Source of the DNA: an uncultured Chloroflexia bacterium
GTDB taxonomy: Bacteria > Chloroflexota > Anaerolineae > JAAYZQ01
Reading direction: 5' to 3'
Assembly (NCBI GenBank): GCA_963700285.1
Contig: CAVOXA010000014.1
Location: 544,001-608,000, forward strand
Length of the DNA stretch: 64,000 nucleotides
Positions 45,828-56,233 of the stretch are shown here, one piece after another. Positions within the stretch are counted from its first letter, which is position 1; the number at the start of each line of letters is the position of its first letter. The translations under genes were made by a program, and so were the position numbers. Under the pieces are notes generated by a model. The model was given only the letters and a program-made list of their open reading frames with translations, was not told the origin of the DNA and ran no database searches.

Positions 45828-46724
45828 TTGAGTCAATCAGTCCGAGTATCCCGTCGTACCACGGGGCAGCGCAAAAAGCAGCTGAGCCTGAGGCCCCGCC
45901 TATCGCGAGGCATGTACTGGTTTGGCGTCCTGGTCGTGTTCGTTTTAGCCTTGGCCTCCCTGATGCCGCTCTATTGGATGGTGACCGGCTCTTTTAAGCT
46001 CCAGAGCAACGCCATGGCCATTCCACCCGAGTGGTTCCCGAAGGAGCCGACGCTGGAGAACTATCGCAAGCTGCTCTTCGCCAGTACCCCCACCTTCCGC
46101 TGGCTACTGAACAGCATCATCGTCGCTGGCGGCGTCGCGTTTCTTGCCGTGGCAACCAGTCTCCTGGCAGGCTACGCCTTTGGCAAGAAAAAGTTTCCCG
46201 GCAGGACCGTACTCTTTTGGTTGCTCATCATCACCATGATGATGCCCAAACAGATCTCGCTTATCCCGCTCTACATTCTGATGCAGAGGCTGGGCTGGTT
46301 CAACAGTTACCAGGGCATGATCGCCCCCTACCTGGCCTATCCCTTTGGCATCTTTCTCATCAGGCAGTTCATGCAGGGCATCCCCAACGACCTGATCGAC
46401 GCCGCGCGCATCGACGGCGCCTCGGAGCTGGGCATCTTTTGGTACGTGATCGTGCCCCTAGCCAAACCGGCCATCGGCGCCCTGGCCATCTTTGCCTTCA
46501 TGGCCGCCTGGAACGACTATATCTGGCAGCTTCTGATGATCACCAAGCGCCAGATGCTGACCCTGCCCGTGGGCGTGTCCAAGCTGACCTCCGCCCTGGG
46601 CCAGTACGACCTGGGCCTGGCCATGGCCGGCGCGACCTTTGCCTTTGTGCCCATGGTATTCATCTTTTTGATCTTTCAGGATTTCTTTGTCAAGGGCATC
46701 ACCGTCGGCGCGGTCAAGGGCTAG
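45828..46724 (+). CDS. carbohydrate ABC transporter permease
   Basis: PTLENY, AGYAFGK, DAARIDGASE, WNDYIW, GITVGAVKG. Confidence 0.92.
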   Translation: MSQSVRVSRRTTGQRKKQLSLRPRLSRGMYWFGVLVVFVLALASLMPLYWMVTGSFKLQSNAMAIPPEWFPKEPTLENYRKLLFASTPTFRWLLNSIIVAGGVAFLAVATSLLAGYAFGKKKFPGRTVLFWLLIITMMMPKQISLIPLYILMQRLGWFNSYQGMIAPYLAYPFGIFLIRQFMQGIPNDLIDAARIDGASELGIFWYVIVPLAKPAIGALAIFAFMAAWNDYIWQLLMITKRQMLTLPVGVSKLTSALGQYDLGLAMAGATFAFVPMVFIFLIFQDFFVKGITVGAVKG

Positions 46725-46880
46725 GGAATCTGGCATGCCGCTGAGCATCTGCCTGCCCACAATGGGCGGACGTATTCCCATGCGCGGTCTACAACCAAGC
46801 CCAAACGACGGTAGTCAGGCAGCCTTGCCGAACAAGCATGTTTCTTTCAAGGCTACTGGGGCTGGCACCACAGACCAACC

Positions 46881-48209
46881 ATGAACGTCATCTGGTTTGT
46901 CCTTGACACCCTCCGCGCCGATCATCTGGGCTGCTACGGCTACTGCCGCCCGACCAGCCCCAACATCGACCGGCTGGCGGCAGAGGGAGTGCTGTTCGAG
47001 GATTCCTATGCCTCGGCCATCGCCACCGGTCCTGGCTTTACCAGCCTGTTCACCGGCCTGGCGGCCATCAACCACGGCTTCTACCTCACACCCTGGGATG
47101 TAGCCAATGCCCCGCTCCTGGATGATCGGATCCTCACCCTGCCCGAACTGATCCAGGCCTGCGGCAACTATACCACCGCCGCCTTTGACAACCTGATGAA
47201 CTTCCGGTCGCACATGAAACAGTTCGCGCGCGGCTTTGAGTATTACGTCAACGTCACCCGCTCGCCAGGCTGGTTGCACCACCATGTCATCGGCGAGGAG
47301 GTCAACCGCCGCCTGCTGCCCTGGCTGGAGGCACACGCGGAAGAACCGTTCTTTCTCTTTGTCCACTATTGGGACCCGCACATCCCCTACAACATGCCCG
47401 AGGGGTTTCGGGGCAGGTTTGACCAGCGGACCAGCGACCTGGAGGTACGGACGGCGCCCGATGGCTACGACTATATCCCGGGTTGGGGGCTAGCCGATCG
47501 CTTGCCCCGGCGTACTGAAGAACTGAACGTCGACATGTACGACGACGAGGTATTCTACGTCGACCACTGCGTCGGGCTCGTCAGGAAGAAGCTGGAAGCC
47601 CTCGGTCTATTGGATGACACAGCCATCATCCTCACCAGCGATCACGGCGAAGACCTGGATCTGCACGGCATCTGGGGCCATGCCACAGTCCACGAGACGA
47701 CAATTGCCGTGCCGCTAATCGTACGCGATCCAAGGAACCTGCCCGCGGGCGCTCGGGTCAAGGGCTTTGTACAGCACGCCGACCACGCGCCGACAGTCCT
47801 CGAGTACTTTCCCGAGCAAAGCCGGCCTGAATTCGACCGGGCAAAAGTAGCTGGCCACATGCCCGACATGCCCTCCAGCTTCGACGGGGGCAGCCTGCGA
47901 CAGCTGGCCCTTGGCCAGCGCCAGGCTCCCGAGGAGATCATTGTAGAGTCCGGCGAACACCGGGCCTGCATCGCGCCGCCCTGGAAGCTGATCTGGTACA
48001 GGGACGGGCGCCGGAGCGAACTCTTTCACCTACAGAACGATCCCCTGGAGCTGAATGATCGGGCGATGGAGGAACAAACGCTTGTAGTAGAACTTGAAGC
48101 GAAACTGCGCCTTTGGCTTGAACACCATCTGGCGGGCCAACGCACCGATCCTATTCTGACCAGCGACGGGGCGTGGACCTGCTACATCGGCAGGAGAGGA
48201 GACAGCTAG
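46881..48209 (+). CDS. sulfatase-like alkaline-phosphatase-superfamily hydrolase
   Basis: DTLRADHLGCYGY, SPNIDRLA, HYWDPHIPY, TSDHGE, ELFHLQNDPLE. The nucleophile motif is TGPGF rather than C/SxPxR. Confidence 0.85.
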   Translation: MNVIWFVLDTLRADHLGCYGYCRPTSPNIDRLAAEGVLFEDSYASAIATGPGFTSLFTGLAAINHGFYLTPWDVANAPLLDDRILTLPELIQACGNYTTAAFDNLMNFRSHMKQFARGFEYYVNVTRSPGWLHHHVIGEEVNRRLLPWLEAHAEEPFFLFVHYWDPHIPYNMPEGFRGRFDQRTSDLEVRTAPDGYDYIPGWGLADRLPRRTEELNVDMYDDEVFYVDHCVGLVRKKLEALGLLDDTAIILTSDHGEDLDLHGIWGHATVHETTIAVPLIVRDPRNLPAGARVKGFVQHADHAPTVLEYFPEQSRPEFDRAKVAGHMPDMPSSFDGGSLRQLALGQRQAPEEIIVESGEHRACIAPPWKLIWYRDGRRSELFHLQNDPLELNDRAMEEQTLVVELEAKLRLWLEHHLAGQRTDPILTSDGAWTCYIGRRGDS

Positions 48210-48212
48210 GCA

Positions 48213-49328
48213 ATGCCATTATCTCACACTGAAATCGCACCGTTGCCGCCGGACTTGAAGCTGGACTGGGATCAGGTACGCATCACTCTATTGCGGCAAG
48301 GCGAGCCCGACCGAGTTCCGTTCCTGGAGGCGGGGCTCAGCCGCGTCCACAAGGCACGGGTACTGGGACGGCCGATAGAGACGCTAGCCGACGACCTGGA
48401 GGTCGCCAAACGGCTGGGCCAGCCTTTTTTGGTCGCCAACTTGGGGCTGCACACCTCCGACGCGGTGCTGGACGCCATGGAAGCCACCCACGTCGACATC
48501 GAGGACGGCCGCGACGGGGACGTCGGCTGGGTCAAGGGCTCGGAGCGTCGTTGGGCGCACGGTACCGCCGGTGTGATCCGGTCCGAGGCTGACTTTGAAG
48601 CGTTCCCGTGGCCCGATCCGGACAAGCTGGACCTGAGCGTCCTCGACGAAATGCAGGTACTCTTGCCTGAGGGCATGAAGGCCTACGTGGCCGTGGGCAA
48701 GATCTTTAACCTGGGCTGGTGGCTCATGGGCTTTGAGGACTATGCCTACGCCCTGGCCGACCAGCCGGGCCTCATCGAGCGTGTGCATGCCAAGATCGCT
48801 GACTACCAGACACGGGCGGTGGAGCGAGCGCTGGAATATCCCTGCGTGGGCCTGGTTTGGCACGCCGACGACATGGCCTACCGCACTGGCTTGATGGTCT
48901 CGCCGAAGGTGCTGCGCCAGCAGATCTTTCCTGCCTACCGGCGCATCAACGACCTGTGCCGCCAGCGGGACGTGCTTCGAGTATTCCACAGCGACGGCGA
49001 CGTGGGCCAGCTCATGGGCGACATCATTGACGCCGGCTTCAATGCCTTCAATCCCATCGAGCCGGTGGCCATGGACATCCGTGCCCTCAAGGAAGAGGTC
49101 GGGGATCGACTGAGCCTCATCGGCAACGTGGATCTGTCCTACACGCTCACGCGGGGCACACCGGAAGAGGTCAGGACCGAGGTGCGCGAACTAATGCGTG
49201 ACGTCGCTCCCGGTGGCGGCTACGCCCTTGCCTCAGCCAATTCCGTGCCCGAGTACGTGCCCTGGGAGAATTTTGTGGCGATGCATGCCGCCTGGGTCGA
49301 ATATAGCCGCTACCCAATCAACGTGTAA
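48213..49328 (+). CDS. uroporphyrinogen decarboxylase/MtaA-CmuA superfamily protein
   Basis: GEPDRVP, FPWPDP, ADDMAY, FHSDG, FNPIEP, GGGYALASANSV. Confidence 0.85.
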   Translation: MPLSHTEIAPLPPDLKLDWDQVRITLLRQGEPDRVPFLEAGLSRVHKARVLGRPIETLADDLEVAKRLGQPFLVANLGLHTSDAVLDAMEATHVDIEDGRDGDVGWVKGSERRWAHGTAGVIRSEADFEAFPWPDPDKLDLSVLDEMQVLLPEGMKAYVAVGKIFNLGWWLMGFEDYAYALADQPGLIERVHAKIADYQTRAVERALEYPCVGLVWHADDMAYRTGLMVSPKVLRQQIFPAYRRINDLCRQRDVLRVFHSDGDVGQLMGDIIDAGFNAFNPIEPVAMDIRALKEEVGDRLSLIGNVDLSYTLTRGTPEEVRTEVRELMRDVAPGGGYALASANSVPEYVPWENFVAMHAAWVEYSRYPINV

Positions 49329-49440
49329 CGCCACGGCTCAAGCCGTTTCTGTGATCTCGAGGTCCTGCTGGAAAAGAGCGCCGGTCACGGATCGTTTCAG
49401 AGCAGAAGAGAGCAACAGAAGGTAACCTGAAGGGCGAACT

Positions 49441-49523
49441 GTTCGTAGTCGGTGCTTCAGCGCCATAGTGGGAGGCAGCATCAGTTGAGGTTAGAAAAGC
49501 GCGCTGAAGCGCGGACTACAAAC
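49441..49523. repeat. GTAG-type REP-like inverted repeat pair
   Basis: GTTCGTAGTCGGTGCTTCAGCGC ... GCGCTGAAGCGCGGACTACAAAC (20/23). A related copy lies at 61464-61540. Confidence 0.7.
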
Positions 49524-49556
49524 CAGAGCGCTGCTCCGGGAAAAAAGTGAAGAGAC

Positions 49557-51431
49557 ATGATCCAGGAGACAAACATCGAAACCGATCTGTGCGTAGTGGG
49601 CGGAGGCATTGCCGGCGTCTGCACGGCCCTGGCCGCAGCGCGCAATGGAGCACGGGTGGTGCTCCTTCAGGATCGTTCGGTGCTGGGCGGCAACGCTTCC
49701 TCCGAGGTGCGCATGCACATGGTCGGCGCCTCCTGCTCGGGCCAGCGCCCAGGCGCTCGCGAATCGGGCATCATTGATGAGCTGCGGGTCGAAGACGCCG
49801 TACGCAACCCACACCGCAGCCCGCACCTCTTCGATCTGCTGCTCTATGACAAAGTAGTCTCTGAGCCCAACATCACCCTGCTACTGGACACTGCCTGCAT
49901 AGGCTGCTCAGCCGCCAGTACACCTCAAGGGGATAGGGCGAAGCGCATCACCCAGGTCCACGCCCTTCGGAACAGTACAGAAGAGACCTTTGTCGTCAAA
50001 GCGCCCCTGTTCGCCGACTGTTCGGGCGATGGGAGGCTGGGGCTGGAGGCAGGCGCTAAGTGGCGGATGGGCCGTGAAGGCCGCGACGAGTTCGGCGAAT
50101 CTCTGGCACCAGAGCAGGCCGATGCCTGTACCCTGGGTAGCTCGATCCTGTTCATGGCCCGCGAATACGACCGTCCCATGCCCTTCCAGGCGCCCAATTG
50201 GGTCCGCCATTTTTCCGAGGAGGAACTCCGCCTGCGCAGCCATACCGAACTGGATTTTGGCTACTGGTGGATAGAGTGGGGCGGCCACCTGGACACGATC
50301 CGGGACAATCCCGCCATCCGCCACGAGCTGCTACGCATCGCCCTGGGCATGTGGGACCACGTCAAGAACCACTGTTCTCACGAGGAAGGCGTCCCCCGCG
50401 AGACCTACGACAACGCGGCCAAGGGCACGAGCTTTGCCGCTCAGGACCCAACCAACTGGGCTCTAGAATGGGTCGGCTTTCTGCCCGGGAAACGGGAGTC
50501 GCGGAGATTGTTGGGGACCCATGTCCTGACCCAGCAGGACATCCAGGCCGGCCGGGTCTTTGACGATCAGGTAGCCTATGGCGGCTGGTGGCTCGACATC
50601 CACCCGCCGCTAGGCGTTGATGCCATAGAGGAGTATCCCTGCATCCACCACCCAGTGGAGCACCTATATTCCATCCCACTGCGAGCGCTCTTTTCCAGAA
50701 ACGTCGAGAATCTGTTCCTCGCCGGGCGCAACATCAGCGCCACCCACGTCGCCTTCTCGTCGACGCGGGTCATGGCCACCTGCGCCCTCGCCGGCCAAGC
50801 GGCCGGCACGGCCGCCGCCATCGCGCTGCGCCGGGGTGCGAGCCGGGCAGCGGATCTCGTGGACCCGCCCCTGATCGAGGAGATCCAGCAGACGCTCCTG
50901 AAGGACGGCGCCTACCTGATTGGATTGGAGAATGCCGACCCCAGGGACAAGGCCCGTTCAGCCCGGGTGCTGGCATCGGACGAAATAGAAGACGGAACGG
51001 CCGCACAGGTAATCAACGGCGTGGTGCGGGCCACCAGCCCGGGGCTGCACCCTGACCTGGCCCAGGCCACGAACCGCTGGACTTCACGGACGATGCCAGC
51101 CTGGATCGAACTGCGCTGGGAGACACCGCAGGCGATCTCGGAGATCCACCTGACCTTTGACACCGGCTTTCAGCGCGAACTAACACTCACCATGAGCGAT
51201 AGATTCAGCGCCAAGATGGTACGCGGCCCGCAGCCCGAGACGGTCAGGGACTACCGTCTGGAGTTCGACGGCCGGCAAGGCGAAGGCAATAGCCTTCCCA
51301 TTCGCGACAACTATCAGGGGCGGCGGGTACACAGAATGCCCATGCCGGTCGTCACGTCCTCGCTCCGCTTGGTTGTCGAGACGACCCATGGAGCGCCGGA
51401 AGCCCGCGTCTTTGAGATCCGGGCTTACTGA
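49557..51431 (+). CDS. FAD-dependent oxidoreductase (PF12831-like) with C-terminal beta-sandwich domain
   Basis: VVGGGIAG, LGGNASSEVR, DCSGDG, PGKRESRRL, AGRNISATH, RVMAT. Confidence 0.85.
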   Translation: MIQETNIETDLCVVGGGIAGVCTALAAARNGARVVLLQDRSVLGGNASSEVRMHMVGASCSGQRPGARESGIIDELRVEDAVRNPHRSPHLFDLLLYDKVVSEPNITLLLDTACIGCSAASTPQGDRAKRITQVHALRNSTEETFVVKAPLFADCSGDGRLGLEAGAKWRMGREGRDEFGESLAPEQADACTLGSSILFMAREYDRPMPFQAPNWVRHFSEEELRLRSHTELDFGYWWIEWGGHLDTIRDNPAIRHELLRIALGMWDHVKNHCSHEEGVPRETYDNAAKGTSFAAQDPTNWALEWVGFLPGKRESRRLLGTHVLTQQDIQAGRVFDDQVAYGGWWLDIHPPLGVDAIEEYPCIHHPVEHLYSIPLRALFSRNVENLFLAGRNISATHVAFSSTRVMATCALAGQAAGTAAAIALRRGASRAADLVDPPLIEEIQQTLLKDGAYLIGLENADPRDKARSARVLASDEIEDGTAAQVINGVVRATSPGLHPDLAQATNRWTSRTMPAWIELRWETPQAISEIHLTFDTGFQRELTLTMSDRFSAKMVRGPQPETVRDYRLEFDGRQGEGNSLPIRDNYQGRRVHRMPMPVVTSSLRLVVETTHGAPEARVFEIRAY

Positions 51432-51510
51432 GATGGCGCCAGGAATGGCAGCCCTTCCGAGGACTACCATTCCTGGGCTGAATACCAACTGGGCCTAGCC
51501 CAAGGAGGAA

Positions 51511-52365
51511 TTGTTGACCAGTCCAATGTTGCACACGCTGCGGCAAGCCGCCGCACTCCGTCGCAAGTGGGAGACAGGCCGGGAGGTCTCCTTTCTGGGC
51601 TGGATCTCGATGCTTGATCCAGCCATGGCCGAGATCGGCGTCCAATGGGGCTACGACGGACTGATCATTGACACAGAACACGCTACCTTTGATGTCACGG
51701 CCCTGCGCACGACGATCATGGCCTTTCGCGGCACCGACTGCGTGCCCCTGGTCCGCGTGGGGGCCAACGATCAATACCTCATCAAGACAGCGCTCGATCT
51801 GGGCGCTGGGGGCGTGCTGATCCCCCAGATCCAGAACCCAGACGACGCGCGGGCCGCGGTACAACACTGCCGTTACCCACCCGAAGGTATCCGTGGCGTC
51901 TCGCCGCGGCGGGCCAGCGACTATTTTAGCGAGGGCAAAGCATACGTGACGGAAGCGAATGATTCGGTTCTGGTCATGGTCCAGATCGAGAGCTGGGAAG
52001 CCTACCAGAAACTCGACGCCATCCTGGAGGTAGAGGGCATCGACTGCTTCCTCGTGGGCCAGGTCGATCTGGCGGCGACGATGAACTACATGTGGCAGCC
52101 CGCCCACCCAGAGGTGGTCAGAACGACCGGAGATATCGTCCAGCGCTGCCGCCAGGCGGGACGCAGTGCAGCGGTGGCCGCAACGAATGACGTACAAGAG
52201 ATCAAGCACTGGCTGGACGCCGGGGCGAACGTGATCAGCGCTGGCAGCGATCTATCCTTCCTGCTGGACGGCTATCGCCACTTCAAGGCCAGCATGCAAG
52301 AAGCGCACCTGCCGTTCCCACCAGCTCCACGGCAGGAGATCAAGGACTCGACTCAAGGAGGCTGA
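51511..52365 (+). CDS. HpcH/HpaI class II pyruvate aldolase family protein
   Basis: IDTEH, PLVRV, LDLGAGG, YPPEGIRG, VQIES. Confidence 0.9.
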   Translation: MLTSPMLHTLRQAAALRRKWETGREVSFLGWISMLDPAMAEIGVQWGYDGLIIDTEHATFDVTALRTTIMAFRGTDCVPLVRVGANDQYLIKTALDLGAGGVLIPQIQNPDDARAAVQHCRYPPEGIRGVSPRRASDYFSEGKAYVTEANDSVLVMVQIESWEAYQKLDAILEVEGIDCFLVGQVDLAATMNYMWQPAHPEVVRTTGDIVQRCRQAGRSAAVAATNDVQEIKHWLDAGANVISAGSDLSFLLDGYRHFKASMQEAHLPFPPAPRQEIKDSTQGG

Positions 52366-52368
52366 TAG

Positions 52369-54258
52369 ATGGCAGAACTCGGCGGTTATGTTGGGCAATT
52401 CCTGAACGTTGACCTTTCCACGGGTACGCTCTCTGATGAGCACCCCGATCCAGCCCTGTTGAGGGCCTTTATCGGCGGTTATGGACTGGGAGCCGCGATC
52501 CTGTACGAACGCGTGCCCGTCGATGCCGATCCCCTTGGCCCCGACAACATGTTGGGCCTGATTACCGGGCCCCTGACCGGGACACCGGCGATCATGGCCT
52601 CGCGCTACTGCGCCGTGGCCAAGTCGCCGCTGACCGGCGGCTGGGGCGACGCCAACTCGGGCGGTGATTTTGGCCCCATCCTCAAATACGCGGGCTATGA
52701 CGCGGTCTTTGTCCGGGGCATAGCGGACGAGCCGGTGTACCTGCTCATTGAGGATGGCCAGGCTGAGATTCGGCCAGCGGGCGACCTGTGGGGTCTGGAC
52801 GCCGTCGAGACCGAAGAAGCCCTGCAGGCGCGTCATGGCCCAGGAAGCCGCGTGGCCTGTATCGGTCCCGCCGGCGAACGCCTTTCCCTCGTGTCGTGCA
52901 TCATCAACGACCGAGGGCGGGCGGCGGGTCGTTCCGGCCTGGGCGCCGTGATGGGCTCAAAGCGACTCAAGGCGGTGGCCGTGGTTGGCACGCGCAAACC
53001 GGCCGTAGCTCAGCCTGACCAGGTGAATGCCCTCCGCAAAAAGTACCTGCCCGAATTCAAGGAAAACGATACCTCCAAGATCATGCGCGACTATGGGACA
53101 GCCGGCTTCACCAAGGCATTCACCGAAATCGGCCGGACGCCGATCAAAAACTGGGGCGGGGCCCATCCTGATAGCTATCCCGATACGGACGCGCTGGACG
53201 GTCCGGCCGTCGTTGCCTATGAAACGAAAAAGTATGCTTGCTGGCACTGCAACCAGGCCTGCGGCGGCATCATGCAATGGGAATCGGACGGCGAGATGCA
53301 CGAGGACCACAAGCCGGAGTACGAGACCCTGGCCACTTTTGGCACCTATGTGGGCATCACGGACGTCAAGGCTGTGATGACCATGAACGAGATGTGCAAC
53401 CGGGCCGGCTTTGATACCATCTCCGCCGGGGCGACCATCGCCTTTGCCATGGAGTGCCATGAACATGGCCTGCTCAGCGAGGAGGAGCTGGACGGCCTGG
53501 ACCTGACCTGGGGCAACGGGAAGGCAGCCATTGCCTTGCTGGAGCGCATGGTGGAGCGGCGCGGGCTGGGCGATGTCCTGGCCGACGGCGTCATGCGCGC
53601 GTCCCAGCGGATCGGCCAGGGGAGCGAGGATTTTGCCATCCACTCCGGGGGCCAGGAGCTGCCTGCTCACGACCCCAGGCACGAGGCAGACTTTGGGTTG
53701 GCCTACCAGATCTCGCCCACGCCCGGACGGCACACCCAGGGTGGCGTCGGGGCGGTCAATATGCCGCCCGAACAGATCGAGCTTTATGGCCTGGATGCCA
53801 AACTGAAGGAGGAAGACCCGGTACGCTTCCATGCCCAGGCTTACGCCGCCACCATGGCCTGGAAGAATGTGTTGAATGCGGCCGGCCTGTGCAGCTTTGG
53901 CTCCGTAACCATGGGGCCCGAGTACGTGCCAGAGTTCATCGCCGCCATCACCGGTTGGGATTTCGACATGGGCGAGTGCGTGGAGACGGGCGAGCGCATC
54001 GAAGACATGCGCCACCTGTTTGGCCTCCGAGAGGGCCACAACCCCCTCGAGACAGAGGTTGCGCCGCGGGCCATGGGCAATCCGCCGCTGGAGAGCGGTC
54101 CCAGGGCCGGCGTGACCGTCGAGATAGACGAACTGCTTCAGGCCTATCTGGAACGCATGGATTGGGATGCAGACACCGGCATGCCCAGCTCCGAGCGGTT
54201 GGCAGCGCTGGGCCTGGACGAACTTGCCTCATCTGAAGGAACAAGGAACTATGCCTGA
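52369..54258 (+). CDS. aor: aldehyde:ferredoxin oxidoreductase (tungstopterin family)
   Basis: KSPLTGGWGDANSGG, IGPAGE, GRSGLGAVMGSKRLKA, CWHCNQAC, PEYET. Confidence 0.9.
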   Translation: MAELGGYVGQFLNVDLSTGTLSDEHPDPALLRAFIGGYGLGAAILYERVPVDADPLGPDNMLGLITGPLTGTPAIMASRYCAVAKSPLTGGWGDANSGGDFGPILKYAGYDAVFVRGIADEPVYLLIEDGQAEIRPAGDLWGLDAVETEEALQARHGPGSRVACIGPAGERLSLVSCIINDRGRAAGRSGLGAVMGSKRLKAVAVVGTRKPAVAQPDQVNALRKKYLPEFKENDTSKIMRDYGTAGFTKAFTEIGRTPIKNWGGAHPDSYPDTDALDGPAVVAYETKKYACWHCNQACGGIMQWESDGEMHEDHKPEYETLATFGTYVGITDVKAVMTMNEMCNRAGFDTISAGATIAFAMECHEHGLLSEEELDGLDLTWGNGKAAIALLERMVERRGLGDVLADGVMRASQRIGQGSEDFAIHSGGQELPAHDPRHEADFGLAYQISPTPGRHTQGGVGAVNMPPEQIELYGLDAKLKEEDPVRFHAQAYAATMAWKNVLNAAGLCSFGSVTMGPEYVPEFIAAITGWDFDMGECVETGERIEDMRHLFGLREGHNPLETEVAPRAMGNPPLESGPRAGVTVEIDELLQAYLERMDWDADTGMPSSERLAALGLDELASSEGTRNYA

Positions 54259-54338
54259 GATCATCCCTGCGAAGATCTGTCCACCTCCGCAATATTAGGT
54301 TCAAAAACACTTTTCAACGCCAAGGGAGACCCAAGAAC

Positions 54339-55280
54339 ATGCCTAGCATTGAACACGTAAAAGCCATCGTCCGCGGCCCGATGCTACCCGTTATCACTAG
54401 TTTTAAGGATGACCTGAGCTTGGACCTGGATACTATCCAGGATAACGTCCGCTACCTCGTCGAAGGCGGGCTGGTCACCGGCAAGGGTACCATGCTTGCA
54501 ACCGGGGCCGGCGGCGATTTTCCTATGCTCTCCACGGAGGAGCGAAAACAGGTCGCCCAAGCCATCATCGAGGCAGCCGGCGGCCAGGCGACGGTATTCG
54601 TCGGCGTACAGCACACCAACCCCGCCGTGTGCCGCGATCTGGCCGAGCATGCCCAGGAGATCGGCGCTGACGGGATCCAGGTCAGCCCCACCTACTACTA
54701 TGAGCCCTCGGACGCCGATGTCCTCGCCTTCTACCAGATGCTCAATGACGCCATCTCTATTCCCATCATGATCTACAATACGCCCTGGCTGGTGGGCTAC
54801 GATCTGAGCTTTGAGATGCTGGATGCGCTGGCCGATATGGAGCAGGTGCTGGCCCTCAAATGGGCCTGTGACAGCGCCCATCAATACCTCCGGGCTATCG
54901 AGCTGTTTGCGAGGCGGCTGGCCATCGTCGACAATCTGGGATTGACGGTAATGGCCCACATGATGGGCGCCACCGGCTGGATCACCCACCTGGCCAACAT
55001 CTGGCCCGAGCACGAAGTCGCCCTGTGGGAGCAGATGGACGCCGGCGACTATGTTGGCGCTCAGGCCGAACTGCAGCGGGTCAACTGGCGCTGGCTCGAT
55101 TTCCGCGGCAAAATGGCTCGGAACACGGGCGGGGAAGCCAATGTGGTCAAAGCCGCTTACGATCTCATCGGGCGCCGTGGAGGGCCGGTACGGCCACCTA
55201 CGCGGAACATGTCTCCAGAGCACCGCACTGAGCTGAAGGCGCTGCTGCAGGAAATCGGTGTACCGGGCGTGTTGGCCTGA
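54339..55280 (+). CDS. DHDPS/N-acetylneuraminate lyase family class I aldolase
   Basis: GAGGDF (instead of GTTGE), PTYY, IMIYNTP, LKW Schiff-base lysine. Confidence 0.85.
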   Translation: MPSIEHVKAIVRGPMLPVITSFKDDLSLDLDTIQDNVRYLVEGGLVTGKGTMLATGAGGDFPMLSTEERKQVAQAIIEAAGGQATVFVGVQHTNPAVCRDLAEHAQEIGADGIQVSPTYYYEPSDADVLAFYQMLNDAISIPIMIYNTPWLVGYDLSFEMLDALADMEQVLALKWACDSAHQYLRAIELFARRLAIVDNLGLTVMAHMMGATGWITHLANIWPEHEVALWEQMDAGDYVGAQAELQRVNWRWLDFRGKMARNTGGEANVVKAAYDLIGRRGGPVRPPTRNMSPEHRTELKALLQEIGVPGVLA

Positions 55281-55435
55281 GCCAGACAGCCGCTCGCTGG
55301 TGCCGTCTTTGCGGGACAAGTGGCTAGCTTGTCCTGTCCAAAGGAAAGATGCCATCTTGCCCTACAGGAGAGCTGTCCGGACTCGGTCGCAGACCTTCGC
55401 CCATCATGCAGCAGCAGAAGAAGGAGAACCGCTCT

Positions 55436-56197
55436 ATGAACAAGGACCGTTTTTCTGGCAAGGTGGCCATCGTCACCGGTGCGGGCCGGGGAATGGGCAA
55501 GGCTACCGCACTAACACTGGCCTGCGAGGGCGCGGCCGTCGTGGTCAACGACCTGCGCCCCGACTGGGCCGACGCAGTAGCCAAAGAGATAGTGCAGGCT
55601 GGCGGGCAGGCCATGGCCTACGTGGCGGACGTGACCAAGGAAGGGCAGGTACAAGCCATGGTTGAGGCCACGGTCAAGCACTTTGGCACGGTCGACATCC
55701 TGGTCAACAACGCCGGCCTGCTGCGATCCACGACCCCACTGGAGAACATCCCACTGGACGAGTGGGAACTGATGATGGTCGTCAACGTCACAGGAGTATT
55801 CCTGTGCACCAAAGCCGTCCTGCCGATCATGAAGGCCCAGCGCAGCGGCAAGATCGTCAACGTCTCATCGTCAGCAGGACGGGCCACCAGCACTTTTGGT
55901 GGGGCGCACTATACAACCTCCAAGGCGGCCGTGCTGGGACTGACCCGCCACACCGCTCGCGAGGCCGCGCCGTACAATATCAACGTCAACGCCACCGCGC
56001 CGGGCAGCATGGACACCGAGATGGTACGCGAGCTGGCAACGCCCGAGCACATGGCCCAGGAGGCGAAGAATAACCCTCTCCTCCGGCTGGGTACGGCCCA
56101 GGATGAAGCCGATCTGGTGGCCTTTCTCTGTTCCGAGGAGGCATCCTACATCACCGGGGCCACCATTGACCTCAACGGCGGGGATCTGATGATGTAA
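55436..56197 (+). CDS. short-chain dehydrogenase/reductase
   Basis: TGAGRGMG, NNAG, YTTSK; GGAG RBS before ATG 55436. Confidence 0.92.
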   Translation: MNKDRFSGKVAIVTGAGRGMGKATALTLACEGAAVVVNDLRPDWADAVAKEIVQAGGQAMAYVADVTKEGQVQAMVEATVKHFGTVDILVNNAGLLRSTTPLENIPLDEWELMMVVNVTGVFLCTKAVLPIMKAQRSGKIVNVSSSAGRATSTFGGAHYTTSKAAVLGLTRHTAREAAPYNINVNATAPGSMDTEMVRELATPEHMAQEAKNNPLLRLGTAQDEADLVAFLCSEEASYITGATIDLNGGDLMM

Positions 56198-56233
56198 GAC
56201 AGGACTGCCAATCTGGAGGAAGGGAAAGCAACG

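Noticed and set aside
54339-55280. dapA assignment
   Set aside because: GAGGD replaces GTTGE and the context is catabolic, so only a family-level call is made.
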